From the human T2T-CHM13v2.0 reference genome, Homo sapiens: DNA of 64,000 nt. Under the pieces are notes generated by a model. It was given only the letters and a program-made list of their open reading frames with translations. It searched no databases and had not been told where the DNA came from. Below, in pieces: positions 15,110 to 29,330 of this stretch. How positions within the stretch are numbered: position 1 is the first letter of the stretch; every line of letters starts with the position of its first letter. The stretch lies in NCBI RefSeq assembly GCF_009914755.1, contig NC_060930.1; one strand, written 5' to 3'. The position numbers were made by a program, and so were the translations under genes.

Positions 15110-15900
15110 TTTGTGAAACACATAAAGAAACGTACGCAAATCATAAGTGACAGCTTACTGAATTCTCACAAAGTGAGTTCACCTATATAACCCAAACCAA
15201 GCTCAAACAGGATAGACCAGGTCCCCAGAAACCCCCCTCCTCACCCTCCACCGCCTCTAACTGCAGAGGGGAGTGCCTGTTTTTTGGAACTTCATATGCA
15301 GTCATGTGTTGCTTAACGATGGGAACACATTCTGAGAAATGTTATGTGCTAGACTTTGATATGACTGACAGTGCAGCGGGTTTGTTTCCACCAGCATCAC
15401 CACCAACAGGTGAGTAATGCAGTGCACTACATCACAATGGCTATGACATTTCTAAGCCATAGGACTTTTTCAGCTCCATTATCATCTTGTGGGCCCATCA
15501 TTGTATATTTGGCTCATGACTGCAATTGGAATAATATAGTATGTCTCCTTCTGAGTTCGTGGCTGCTTCTGCTCAACATTATATTTGTGAATCATTCATA
15601 TTGTTTCTTTTGGCTGCAGTTTGTTCAATTTCACTGCTTTACAGAGTTCCATTGTTTGCATATACCACCTTCCATTTTACTGTTGATTGATGGACTTTTG
15701 GGTTGTCTCTGGTTTGGCACTATTCTGAATAGTGCTGCTGTGAACATTGTTTTGGTTAACATCAGCGCATATTTCTGTTGGGGAGTACCTAGGAATGGAA
15801 ATACTGATTTGTATGGTATGTTTCTGTTCAGCTTTCATAGACACTGCCAAACAGTTTTCTGGAGTGGTTGTACCAACACACACTTACACTTCTATATTTT
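15110..15900 (-). mobile_element. Ancient L1M (L1ME-like) 3' region, split by Tigger3
   Basis: GAATAGTGCTGCTGTGAACATT...TACCTAGGAATGGAA...GACACTGCCAAACAGTTTTC is antisense L1M. Confidence 0.75.
15299..15522 (+). mobile_element. Tigger3/MER7-type internally deleted DNA transposon
   Basis: TIRs CAGTCATG...CATGACTG. The start GCTTAACGATGGGAACACATTCTGAGAAATG and the end TTTTTCAGCTCCATTAT match Tigger3. Confidence 0.85.
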
Positions 15901-18037
15901 CCAGTGCTGATCACAAGATTTCTCCAAGATACTTTCAACTTTCCTGAATTATTTGATGCTGTCATATTGGGAATAATTTTTATCTCTGTTAGTTGAATAT
16001 CAAATTGATGTTCTAGAAAACTCTTGAGTCATTACCTACATTTTTTAGGTGAGTGGTGTTTGATGGCTCAAGATGAACCTTCTCTTTCCTCAGAACAGCT
16101 TTAAGTTTCTTATACTTCTTGTGATTGAAGAGCAGGTGACCATGTTTTTCTTCTAGTAACTGCATTATTTGAATTTTGAGAGTATCATACTTTTTTATTC
16201 CACTGAAGAGAAATTTATTTTTAATGAAGCTGCTTTTTGAGTAAAAAATGCTAGAGTGGTGTGATTAGAAAATACAGAATCCTTTTCTTTCTTTTGTAAG
16301 TGTTGTCAGCTTTAGGAGATTTGATGATCTTATAAGACAACCTTTTTTAAAAAGTCAGTGTCCTCCCATTTAGAAATAGTTGATGAACTCCTGGGAGACC
16401 AGCAATCCCTACTGCCAGAAAATTTAGTTCCTATGTTGCTTGCTCGATCCCAGAGCCAGACCATTTACCTAGCTCTGGCCAGATAGAAGTGGCTGCTTGT
16501 ACAGAAAGAACATCGGGTGGAATAACAAACTCAGAACATTGGATGATCCAACAAAAGCTTTGTGTGGAAGGTCTTTCATTTGAGGCCCTTAAATACATGG
16601 AATAATTAATGAAGGGTGGAAGTTGGGGAACTTATTCCTTCTGTTTCTACCACACTGCTGTGGGTATCCTTCATCCTTTAAACACTCCTTTTCGTCTCTG
16701 AGCATTCACTGGCTAAGAACACAGGTCCACAGCCTCTTTGACGGCTGCGTTGTCTTTTCCACGTTCTAAGGAAAGGCAGTCAGTCAGTCATACTAAAGAC
16801 TGACTCATGTTGTTTTTAAATATTAAAGGGCTCTGTTGTTGAGGCAGAGCCTAACCAGTCTTCAGTTTCCTGACTTCTGTTTCTGGTCCAGTTGCAAAGA
16901 AGCCTTTCTGTAATTTTCTGTAATATGATTTGTACTATGTTTTTCATCATGGAAAATTAAATTTCAAAACTTTACAAAGCTGTAGTAAGAAATATTTGAG
17001 AAGTAGGCTTGGGATGGAGGTGTGCACTGAATGAGAAGGGACAGGAGGGTGTCCCCAGCTTGTGATACCAATGTGTGGCTGGAGACAGAGGCTCAGTTGC
17101 CTGGTCTTCGATGTGTTCAGGAAGTGCCCTGACGGTGAGAGGCCTGTCCTGGCTGGTTAACTTTAAGGGTGGCCTGGCCTGCTGCTTTGCTCACAAGCAC
17201 CTGCATCTCATGGCAGATGTGCTTCTGATTTGTGATACAAAGTATCTCCTTGTTTGATTTCTTGGACTTAGTGTGAACATGTTTTCTTAAGGAGTAGGTT
17301 TTGGGCAGGGCACATTACTAAGTCTTAAAAAGCTTTTTTTCTCTACTATATATGAAAAAAAGTCCTCTCAACGCCTGCCGTATTTTACCCAGGGACTTTT
17401 AAAAAAACCCAACTATACCCTTAGGTAGAATAGCTTCTTCCATTGGGGTTGTGGGATGGGCGTGGGTCTGTAGTCCATGGTTTGTTCTGCTCTAAAATCT
17501 TCCATCTTTGCTGAGATGACGTATTTTTGCCTTCTAACAGACCTACAAAACCATGACACAGACTTGATTTGTATACCTGTTATGTCAGGTATGATAAATG
17601 TTAATGTAATAATATTGACTCATTTATTTTGCCGATTCATTACGGGCTGGTTAAAGTGATAAACAACCATTAATTTTGTTTTATTTCCAGAGACAATTTA
17701 TTATAAGCAGAACAAAAGGTTGGCTTTTAACTACACCTGCATATGCTATCCTCAGGAAAATATTTATAGTTTAGTTAATCTTGTTTAGGCCTAAAGTAAC
17801 TGTGGTTTAATCACTGAACAAACAAGATAGGACAGCGTGGTGGATAATTGAACCAAAATTCCCATTGAGATGCATGGGGGCAGACTGCTCCCATGTGGTT
17901 TCACAGCCCAAGAAACTGAAGGGTAGTTTTGAATCCTCATCCTCTCTAGGATGAGGATTGAGATGAGAAGCATGGCACTTTGCCCTTTATTTCAGTATAT
18001 TTATCCATACACCTACAAGGGACATAAGATTTTGGTC

Positions 18038-18140
18038 AAACATTTCTTGATAATTGTATATAAGTTGAAGTTTTATATACAGAAATTTTCTTGATAACAG
18101 AAACATTTCTTGATAATTGTATATAAGTTGAAGTTTTATA
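18038..18140. repeat. Perfect 40 bp direct duplication with a 23 bp spacer
   Basis: AAACATTTCTTGATAATTGTATATAAGTTGAAGTTTTATA at 18038-18077 and 18101-18140. Confidence 0.97.
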
Positions 18141-18170
18141 ATTCAAATTGTAGGTTCAGAGCTGGAAGGG

Positions 18171-18892
<722 letters not shown>

Positions 18893-18928
18893 TTCTCCGA
18901 TAATTCTTAATAGTTTAGAAAGCACTGT

Positions 18929-19150
18929 CAGCTGGGTGTTGTGGCATGCACCTGTAGCCCCAGCTACTCAGGAGGCTGAGGTGGGAGGAGCACTTGAACC
19001 CAGGAGTTCGAGGCTGCAGTCAGCTATGATCACACCACTGCACCCTAGCCTGGGCAGCAGAATGAAACCCTGTCTCTAAAAATGAACGAACAAAAACCAA
19101 ACAAACAAGCAAACAAACAAACCCCACAAAACAACAGCAACAACAAAATA
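18929..19150 (+). mobile_element. Alu monomer (FRAM or AluJ right arm)
   Basis: Single arm with GGAGTTCGAGGCTGCAGTCAGCTATGATC and a (CAAA)n tail. TSD TAGAAAGCACT. Confidence 0.9.
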
Positions 19151-19264
19151 ATAGAAAGCACTATTTTATATGCTGCTTTATATACTTTAGTTCTTACAAA
19201 TAAATCCAAAGGTCAATACATTGTAAAAACAAAGAACTGTGTCAAAAAACATTCCTAATATGTT

Positions 19265-20540
19265 ATTGATTTATTCAGCAAGCTTTTATGGAACACCTGC
19301 TATGTGCTAGGCATTGTGGTATGCATTGGGAATACAAAGCCTTAATGATTTTAAGCACCTGTTCTGAAGGGAAGACAGTAAGAAAAGTGAGTGTTCAGAG
19401 TACACAGTGATAAGGTATGTGATGGAAAATGTATCCTTCGAATGTTGTGGGAGCGTAGAGGGGTGGTAGTTGGAATAAACGTGAAGGTCTTCCCAGAGGA
19501 GGTGATATTTGCATTGAGTTTTGAAAGACAACGAGGAGTTGTTCATAGGAAGGAGGGAAGGAAGGCAGTTCAGACAAGAAGAACAATATGTGAGAAGGCC
19601 AGTGTGATGATTTTGAGAACACCATTCAACATGTCTAGAGCCTAGGGGATGAAGAGATGGGTGCTAGGAGGGTAGGAGTGGTGGCAAATGATGAGGCCAG
19701 ATAGGTAAGCAGTGGCAAGTTTGTAAAGAGCACACCAGTGTACTCCATTAAGGGGTTGGGAGTTTGGCCATCATTCTAATGGATGGCAAACCATTTGAAG
19801 TAGGTGGGCAACATGGTCAGGTTTGAATTTGAGAGTGTTCACCCGGAAGCCAGTGTTGGGGGAATGGTGTGCAAGAGATTGAGGTGGAGGCTGGGGGCAG
19901 ATATACAAGTAATCCAGCCCAGAGAAGAAAAGAGCCTGCACCGAGCAGGCACATGATGGAGGGCAGAACAGGACATTAGAGAATGAGAATCTCCTGGACT
20001 TGGTAGATTGAATGTGGACTCAGGGTGAGTCTAACCACACAGCTCAGCTTTGAGCTTCCCTCAGAGCCAAGGGGAGGAGTGGGTACTTTTAGAAAGAAGA
20101 GATTTCATTGATTTGTTCTGTTTCCCCATTTGCTAATATATGAAGAGGAGTGGGCTTAGTGGTGGGGAATGGGAGGGAGGCTAACGGGCTGTGTTTGGGG
20201 AAGGCTGAGTTTGTGGTGCAGGTGGGTTGGGTTTTCTCAGAGGAAATGATACAGATCACGCTCTCAGGAGCATGCTGTGGCCTGGAGATAGAGGCTGTGG
20301 ATCATCAGCATGATTGCCCTGTAAATTAGAGGATGGGGATGAAGTAGCCTAGGAAGCGAGTGTAAGTGAGAACTAGGACCAAGGATGGATCCTTGGGGAC
20401 CACTCATATTTAAGTGATGAGCCTCAAAAGGACACAGATGCTGGAGGACAACCAGGACAGTGATGTTATGGGGGCCAGGGAAGGGGAGAGCTTCGAGAAG
20501 GGATGCTCACCAGGGCCAAACACTGCCGAAGGTGCTTAGC
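19265..20540 (-). mobile_element. L2, long degenerate fragment
   Basis: ATTTATTCAGCAAG...CACCTGCTATGTGCTAGGCATTGTG followed by the purine-rich antisense L2 body. Confidence 0.8.
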
Positions 20541-20606
20541 CCAGAGTCAGTGCTCATAAACATTTGTTACTCTTTAGTGTTAGGATGACAGAGGAGAGGG
20601 AAATGA

Positions 20607-20982
<376 letters not shown>

Positions 20983-21929
20983 TAAATAAAGGCTTTAAAA
21001 TTTACGTAGGTTTGGATAATAGAGGGAAGGTGGGCAGGCATCCCAGGTTAAGGTAGTAATTTAGCGTGGTCGCACACTAGAAGACTTCTCTGAGGCGTGG
21101 GATGGGGGAGTTATTTGCTTACAAGTTGTTATCTCCACAGATTGACGCTCAGCTCCCTGATGGCCAAGGCAACTGTGTGCTTTCCTTTGTGTCTGTCAAT
21201 CATTGTAGCAAGGTTTTTGGCCCAAAGTGGTCAGTTAATAGATACTAGCTGGAAGCATTGATAAGGTGGGCGAAGTTGGTGGTTCCCGGCAACTGAGTGG
21301 TAAAACTCTACTCTCAGGGGTCCCTTCTTGTTCAGGGAATGTATTTGCATCCCTCCCTACTTAAACCATTTAAGAAAAAGAGTGTTCTAGTTTGCCTTTT
21401 TTATCTGCACTTAGGTCCCCATCACTCCTTTTCTTTTCCAACCCCGTTCCCTCCCTCCTTCCCTTTTTCTCTTTTTTTCTTGCCAATTTCTTATCTCTCT
21501 CTTCCTGCAATTCCTATTTGTATACTCATTCTTTATCAGAAAGTACCTAGAAGCTGATAAAGCTTGTACTTAATCCTTTATTTTACCTATATGCAAAATA
21601 TTGCTGGCATCCTTTTGATTGGTGGTGATGTTCATTGCGAAATATTTTGAATCTTAATCTTGGCCTGTATGGGGAAGTAGAATTAGAAGGAGGTATCAGA
21701 GGAACTCTCTCTCTCACTCCCTCTCGCCCTCTTTCTCTCTCTTGTGTTTTAATAAATATCAATGCTATTAAATTTGTCAGGTACCATTATAAAAATAGTT
21801 GACATTAAAATTGCAAACCCTAAGGTGAATACGAGAGCTGTCTGCATCCTGATGAGGAAGATTCTTTACTTTCCTAGCTTCCATGAGTCTTTAATTTGAA
21901 TATGGATTTTATGAACAGAGTCTAATAAA

Positions 21930-22120
21930 AATGCTGGGCTTTGGCATCAGAAAAACATGGATAAGGCTCTTCCTCAGTGGTGCTCTATGGGCAGTTACTG
22001 ACCCTCACTGGGTTTTTAAATCTGTAAGTCTGGTTCAGAAGCCAGCCTCATAAGGATTTTGTGAGGATTCACTGAAATACTGTTTGCAAATTACCGAACA
22101 CAGGGCCTGTATCATAGTCA
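21930..22120 (+). mobile_element. MIR
   Basis: CTGGGCTTTGGCATCAGA...CCTCATAAGGATTTTGTGAGGATT...ACAGGGCCTG. Confidence 0.65.
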
Positions 22121-23689
22121 GAACTGAAGGTTCCCTTCTTTCCCTTACTTCACATTTTTACTTCATCTTTCTTCCTCCCCCATCTTTTGTCCTTAATTAG
22201 AGCAGAGCATTGAAAATCAGTCAAATAATCTTTTTATGCAGGAAAAGAACTTCCTTCCCCTTATTTATTTAAGAATCTGGCTTTGAGTTTGAGTTGGAAA
22301 GTGTCCTTGTCTTATGGTATGAGAGTTTGGGCTATCATCTGTGACCTGCGTTACTGGTTACCAGGAATGATTATATAGTTGCTTATAATGGGCCACTTTA
22401 GATTTTTGCAAGGTATATTTGTATCATCTCTGATTCACAATTCGAGGGATTGCCAAAAAAAAAGGGGTAGGGTTTTTCTTGCATAGTTACTGTTTTGGTT
22501 GGCACAGAATGCAGCCTCCTCACCCACCCTCTTTTTGATTATAGCCAATGATTACATAACATTTTCAGATCAGATTTTTTTTTTTTTTTTTTTTGGAAAG
22601 CTTTTGGAGACACGTGGCTCTGGAGGAATCCTCATGGAATCTTAAAACCCTGAGGGAATTCAAGAAGAAAACTATTCCACTTGCTTGCCTCTGGCTGCAT
22701 CTATATTTAAATTATCTAAGAAAGATATTGGTAAATTCTTCTATTTTTAGGAATTAGAGGAGCTTCCACTTTTCTCTTAAAATCAAATTCAAAGAGCAAC
22801 TTTTTTGACAAGCTGAATAGATCTTTGAAGTTAATGAACTGGAGCATAGCTTGCAACTCCATCAGTGAGGTTGATCAGGAGTGAAGCTGCCTCATCAGCT
22901 TAGTCTCTTGGAAGTTAAATAGTAGAAAGAACATTTGGGTTTTGAGAACATGAGGATCTAGTTTTGCTGTGTATTGTGTCTATTGATGCATTCCTGGGGG
23001 ATTTTTCCCCCAGAGGTATTTTATAGCTTTGATTTAATTTAATTTTATAGCTTTGATTTGATTTCAGTGTACTTCATCTGTGGGATTTCATGGGGTCTTG
23101 TTAAGGGTGTTTCTCTACAGAGTTGTTTTAGTGTTTACTTCTGACAAGTGCTCCAGGACATCTTTGATCTGAGACCACTTATGTTAATCTCTTATAATGA
23201 GGGTTCCTAGACTAGATGGTAGGGTAGATTTTCACAACCCAAATGGCAGTGAGCTTCCAATTATGAATTTTCTGGGAGGATTTTTCTTTTTTCTTTCTTT
23301 CTTTTTCTACCCAGAGCCCATAATGAGGCCAGCATCCTTGCACAGGGTGTGGTAGATGTGTGAAGGTCTCTGTTTTACAGGAGGTACTTGCTTCTCATTC
23401 CACTCCACTTTTTGCAGCCAAGATTAAACCCTCAACCCTCTTTGGCCATCAACTTCCAAGCTCCTGGTTTCTCACCCTCATCCTCCTGGGGCTTCCTGAG
23501 CATCAGCACGTGCTTAGCAGTCACTCTCCCCTTTCTTTTTGGCCCCGGCATATCTCATTCTCTCTCTGAGCCCAACCAAGCTTGTAATATGATGTTTATT
23601 ATATTTTATCCAACATTTCTAGGTATTTTTTCTTGGGAAAGTTTCCAGGTTGTCAGGTTGACTCTGTCTGTCAGGTCAAATAGATGGAA

Positions 23690-23825
23690 GTTGAAGTTTG
23701 AAGATTTGGGTTAAAGTACTGGTTCTGCTAATTGTTTCTCTGGCTTTGCATGAGTGATTCTGTCACTCTTAAATTTCAGTTTTCTCATCTGTAAAGGGAG
23801 AGGGTGCATAATACCTCACAGACCC
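23690..23825 (+). mobile_element. MIR
   Basis: TTCAGTTTTCTCATCTGTAAAGGG matches the MIR core. Confidence 0.65.
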
Positions 23826-23878
23826 TTAATATACTGAAAAGTTTTCCATGTAAGCAACTTCACATTGTGAAAACAGCC

Positions 23879-24048
23879 TGTAGTGCATGTTGTTGACATC
23901 CTGCCCAAGTCCCCATGCGGGGCAAATGCTCCCATTGCCCAGCGCTTGTTGAGTGTACATTGCTAAGGCTCATAGCTGCTGCTTCTCTGGAGAACTGCAT
24001 CCAAATCCCTATCCCAGACTCTGCTTCTAGGGAAGCTAACCTAAGGCA
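23879..24048 (+). mobile_element. Internally deleted LTR16-like ERVL LTR
   Basis: Starts TGTAG...CTGCCCAAGTCCCC and ends CAGACTCTGCTTCTAGGGAAGCTAACCTAAGGCA. Confidence 0.6.
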
Positions 24049-25219
24049 TCATCACAATGCTTCCCCCCAACCCCAAGGAATCATAGTTCTTACAAAGATG
24101 AATTACTTTGAAAGTTTAGATAGAATATAATAAATCAGCAAATCAAGAATAAACCATCTGCCATATTTTTGAAATTATCTTTTTGTCATTTTAATTTTTC
24201 ACTTGTGAGAACACAATGTATATGTAAGTTTATTTAAGGCTCAATGGAGCAAGACTTTGATGGATCTGGGCATAAAAGTATGGGTAGGAAAGATTATCTG
24301 CAGCAACTCAATTCAAAATTAAGGGCTAAGGGCTTCAGAGATCACTTTAAGTCACACATTGATTTCATTTTCTCTCTCTCTCATGCTGTTTCCCTCTATA
24401 TGGAGAATTTTATATACACTCTCTTGGCTCTTAACTACAGCCAGATTTGTAAGTGACGAGAATTGAGGGCCAGGGTGGGAGGAAATGCTAATATATTGTC
24501 CCAGGTTTTATGCTTGGGAAGCATGAAGAAATTCAAAGAGACCAAGGTGTTCTCAGGAGTAAACATATCCCTTCACCCAAATAGGCAAGAACAATTTTAG
24601 AACTGAAATCGTGAAAGGGGTCTTAGAGCTTTGAGCAGAACGGTAGACCCAGAAGGAGGCTATTTTGGTCCCCTTGCTAGCACAGATTTTGATTCAACAT
24701 CTCTGAGCTTCATTGTTTTGTAAGGATTAAACATGCCTGTTAGATTGTCTTCTACGAGGCTCTGAATAAATGGTAATTATTTTATATTATTGATGATGGT
24801 GATGGTATGAACATTTTTATTATTATCATCATTTTTATTATCGTTAGAGAGTGTGTCTTCCTAATAAATCCTGTGGCAGGGGCTGGAGTTCTGATTTTAG
24901 AGTCTGTGGAATAAGATGATACTGTTGCAATTGCTGACTTTTCAGATTATAGTATTTTCTGCCAAAGAAGCCTGGTACTTTGTAGATCCATAGAATCTCC
25001 CTAGAATCAAGAGTAATTCTCCTTCCCCTCTCTCTCAATCCATTTCTACTCTCCTTCTTGGAAAAGGAAGAAAGAAACCTTAGGCATGGTATCAAACTGA
25101 ATTACAAGATCTTGATTCTCGGTTCTTACCATTCCTGGGATATTCTAGAGACCTGGTTCTCCTCCATGTTGGCCAGAGTCCATATTCATTTTGGGCATCA
25201 ACCCTAACAGAAATTTATA

Positions 25220-25887
25220 CATAATCTATCATTAGTCCTGATGACTTTACTTCTTAAATACCTCTTAAGTGTTATTACTTCTGTCCAACTCCTCTATTAA
25301 CACCATTATAGAAGCCACAAAATTATCTCCCGTAGGTTTCTGTAGTAGTCTTCTAACTAGCTTACCTATATCAACTCAGATTTCATGCTGAATGTTCTCT
25401 CCTCTGGAGCCAGAATAAAATTTCCAAAATGTAAATCAGATAAAGCCTCCCAGCCCCCACAACTCTCCCACACTGCCCCCAAACCCTCAGAGGTTTTCCC
25501 TGACTCCCAGAACTCCTTCAGTGTGGCTGAGGAGGCCCTACCTGCTCCTCTTGCTTCTCCATCATTCCTCACTTTGTTCTGGCTCTGGCCACACAGGCCT
25601 TCTTGATTTTCCCCTGCTACGTCCTGCTGCAGGACCTTTGCACATGCGGGATTCACCTGGGATAGTCTGACATTACTTAACCCCAACTTGTCCTTCAGAT
25701 CTCAGGAGAGTCTTCCCTGAGTTGCCTTGTGAAACTCTTTCCTAGCACTCCATCATCTCCCTGGCTTGATTATGCACTTCGTGCGGCCAGAGAATATGTC
25801 TGGGGTTTGTCTCCACTGTATCCTCAAGGCCTACAATGACCTGGCACATAAGGACCCCGTAAATGTTTGTTAAGTGAATAAATAAAA
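25220..25887 (+). mobile_element. L2 3' region
   Basis: CCAAAATGTAAATCAGAT...GGACCTTTGCACATGC...CCTGGCACATAAG...GTAAATGTTTGTTAAGTGAATAAAT. Confidence 0.8.
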
Positions 25888-26641
25888 GAAATGAGGGAAA
25901 TGCAGGAACTGAAGACAGGGCAACTGGCCTCCTTTTGAAAAACTCTTGCAACTCAGGACGTGGCTTGTATGAATCTCTGAGTCATTGTCGTATCAGGAGT
26001 CAGATGGAGTGGCCAATGTAGAATGCTCTCATCTCAGAGATAGAGAGAGGGAAATGGTCCTTCTCTTCACATTCGGGAGTTTACAGCTGATTGTGTTTAT
26101 AAACCCTCCCAGCAAGATGATGCCCTCTAAATGTTCCCCTCCCCCACTCAGCTCCATATCCCCTGTTGTCTGTCTGCACTGTGTGTGTGTGAGGGGGGGT
26201 CATGGGCCCCTCTTATTCCACCTGCTGTAAGGCCACCCTTGGTGACTGCAGTGCCACATGCAAGGGTGAAGTGGTCTGGTGCTCCTCTGCGTGTTTACAA
26301 GGCTTAATTAATAAGTGTCCCATGTAAACAGCCTGCACCATGTACGTGCCATCCTTACATTTCCTCCCTAAACAGGCAAGGCTTTCTGGAAGTGTGTTTC
26401 AGGGGGGAGAAGTCAAGCTGGAATTTTATCATTTGTTTTCCAATGAGTATTAAAAACATTTGTCTTTAAGGTTTATGTGAGAATATCATATACTGGAAAT
26501 GTGATTTCATATTATTTTGAAATCAGAGTTCAGATTCATAAAATCAATATTTAATGGGAAACATGAAATTGTAATTACTAAGCACTTTTTCGGTGTGCTT
26601 ACTATTTTTATATGTAAATATATATATAAATATATATATAC

Positions 26642-26829
26642 TTCATTTTATGAACCATCTATATGTTTCATAAAATGAAACTATACTGGCAAAATATATA
26701 AAATTCTAATTTTTGCATATAATATTTTTCCAGTATATAAACCATGTATATATGGATATGGTTCATAAAATGAAAATATACTTGCAAACTATATAAAATT
26801 CTAATTTTCACATATAGTATTTTTCCAGT
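26642..26829. repeat. Diverged 68 bp direct duplication preceded by a fold-back hairpin
   Basis: 26667-26734 vs 26762-26829 (6 mismatches). 26642-26658 is the reverse complement of 26758-26774. Confidence 0.9.
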
Positions 26830-28115
26830 GTGCTGTCCCTCTATGTTTGCATATTTATATTTTTGAGTTTCACGTGATGAAAATCCTGTATCTGAGGGTT
26901 GATATGCACATGTACATAAAGTAGACCATTTCGTATAGCTAAGGGCTTCACATTTTTCTTCCCATATAGTTTTGTTTATTTCCAATTTCACATTTGAAGG
27001 ATATTCTTCAGTATCCCCAAGTCATTATGCAATTTGGTTGTTTATGTAAATGTCCTCAAGGGATTCTGAACGAGAAATATTTCACTGTTTGTTACGTTGT
27101 GTAGAAATGTTCACAAATCATGTTAATTTGAAAAAGAATAGGAAATGAATAATCTGCCTGCAGTTTTGATTCCATGATCAACTATCCAAGGTCAACTGGA
27201 AAAAGCCTGAGATGTTGGAAAATTAGTGGAAGTTTTTGTGTTTTTGTTTTGTTCTTCTTCTAAAAGGTATGTAGAAAAGGCATGACATAAAAAGGGGAGA
27301 AAAATTCTGTCTTTAAAACTCAGTATCGTAAAAGGTCATTTGATTATAAGTGAAAATGACAATAAAATGGTGAGGATTTCTGGAATGAGTTTCCCAGAAT
27401 AGAGAGTACCTCTCTTTTTAAGGCTATTCACATTTGGAGAGGAAATTGAAAGTTGATGTAATTTTCCAACAGCATTCAGAATACGGGCTTTAAAGTTTCA
27501 TTTTCTTAAACTTTTCATAGTCCTTCAGATCATTTGGCACTTTGGAAATTTTAAATTTCCTCTGCTGTGTCTTGAAAAGTGGTGAATGATTGGAACACCC
27601 AGATTATGAAGGAGGTTAGAACACAGGTTTTATAACTTCAAAACATTTTTCACATTCTTATCTCTACTGAAAAACTTTATGGAGCCTGTGAATAGAGGCT
27701 TTAACTGCAGAATTCTACCTTAGGTGCTCTTAAGCAACTGTCGGTCTTTTTCTATTATCTTTACAGATGTACTAGAGCTTATTCAAGGGGAAAAAAAGAT
27801 GTGGGCTCAGCTTTACAGGAACTGGGAGGACCAGTTTCTTTGCTGGCCTAAATATACATTTTGAGAAATCAAAGGGACGCTTTTTTTTTTTCTTTTGTCC
27901 ATGCATATAGTATAATTGCGGCTTAGTTTGAAAGTAGCCCGTGCTTTACTGTTTATAACCTGAACCATGTCTATTCAAAGTGAATTTTGAGGAGAATATT
28001 GAATTGGATTCACCTTTTGGTTGTTGTAGACTCATGCTAAATCAGACTAATCTTTAGGCATTTGCCTCATGTCGATATTATTTTAAAAGTGGTCACTATC
28101 CAAGCTTAGTCTTGA

Positions 28116-28831
<716 letters not shown>

Positions 28832-29159
28832 GTTTCCTTTTATGTCTCTCTTAATCTCTGTGTATTGAAAGTAGCTAAGTATTCAAGTTTCTAAGGTATA
28901 AAGGAGTGGAGCGAAGGAAAAATCCCCCAAAAGAGGGAGAGTTACTTTGTCAAAGCCTAGAAAATACCTCTCTTATGAGTCTGGTCAGTTCCTCCATTAG
29001 CTGCAGAGAGTGAGAAGCATTAGCCCCTTTACTGATACATTGGATAGACAACTGGAAAAATACATCTGATTAAGCCTCTGCCACATTGCCTAATTGGAAT
29101 GGAGAGAGGCAACACTGCTCTCATCATCCTTACCTCTTTAGGCCTTCAAAGGAGGAATC

Positions 29160-29330
29160 AAGGAATGGAGGAAAAGCCAGGCCTGTGGGTTAGTGGTTTC
29201 AATCCCAGTTCTCCATTTACCAACCATGTGGTCATTAACAAGTTCCCTGAGCTTTTGTTTCTTTCGAGGGATAATAATGAAGTTATGAGAATGGAGTGTA
29301 TATTTGCCTAGTATGTGTGCAGTAAATACT
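29160..29330 (+). mobile_element. MIR
   Basis: GGTTTCAATCCCAGTTCTCCATTTACCAACCATGTGGTC...GGGATAATAATG. Confidence 0.6.

Noticed and set aside
15371-15910. Longest ORF in the track (179 aa)
   Set aside because: It spans a Tigger3 and antisense L1M sequence, starts at a non-ATG codon and resembles no protein family I recognise.
18038-18140. Repeat-spacer-repeat pattern resembling a minimal CRISPR unit
   Set aside because: Only two copies, the spacer is derived from the repeat, the context is human and there are no cas genes.
23170-23660. Possible ancient L1 5'/HAL1-like fragment
   Set aside because: The similarity is too faint to call without a profile search.
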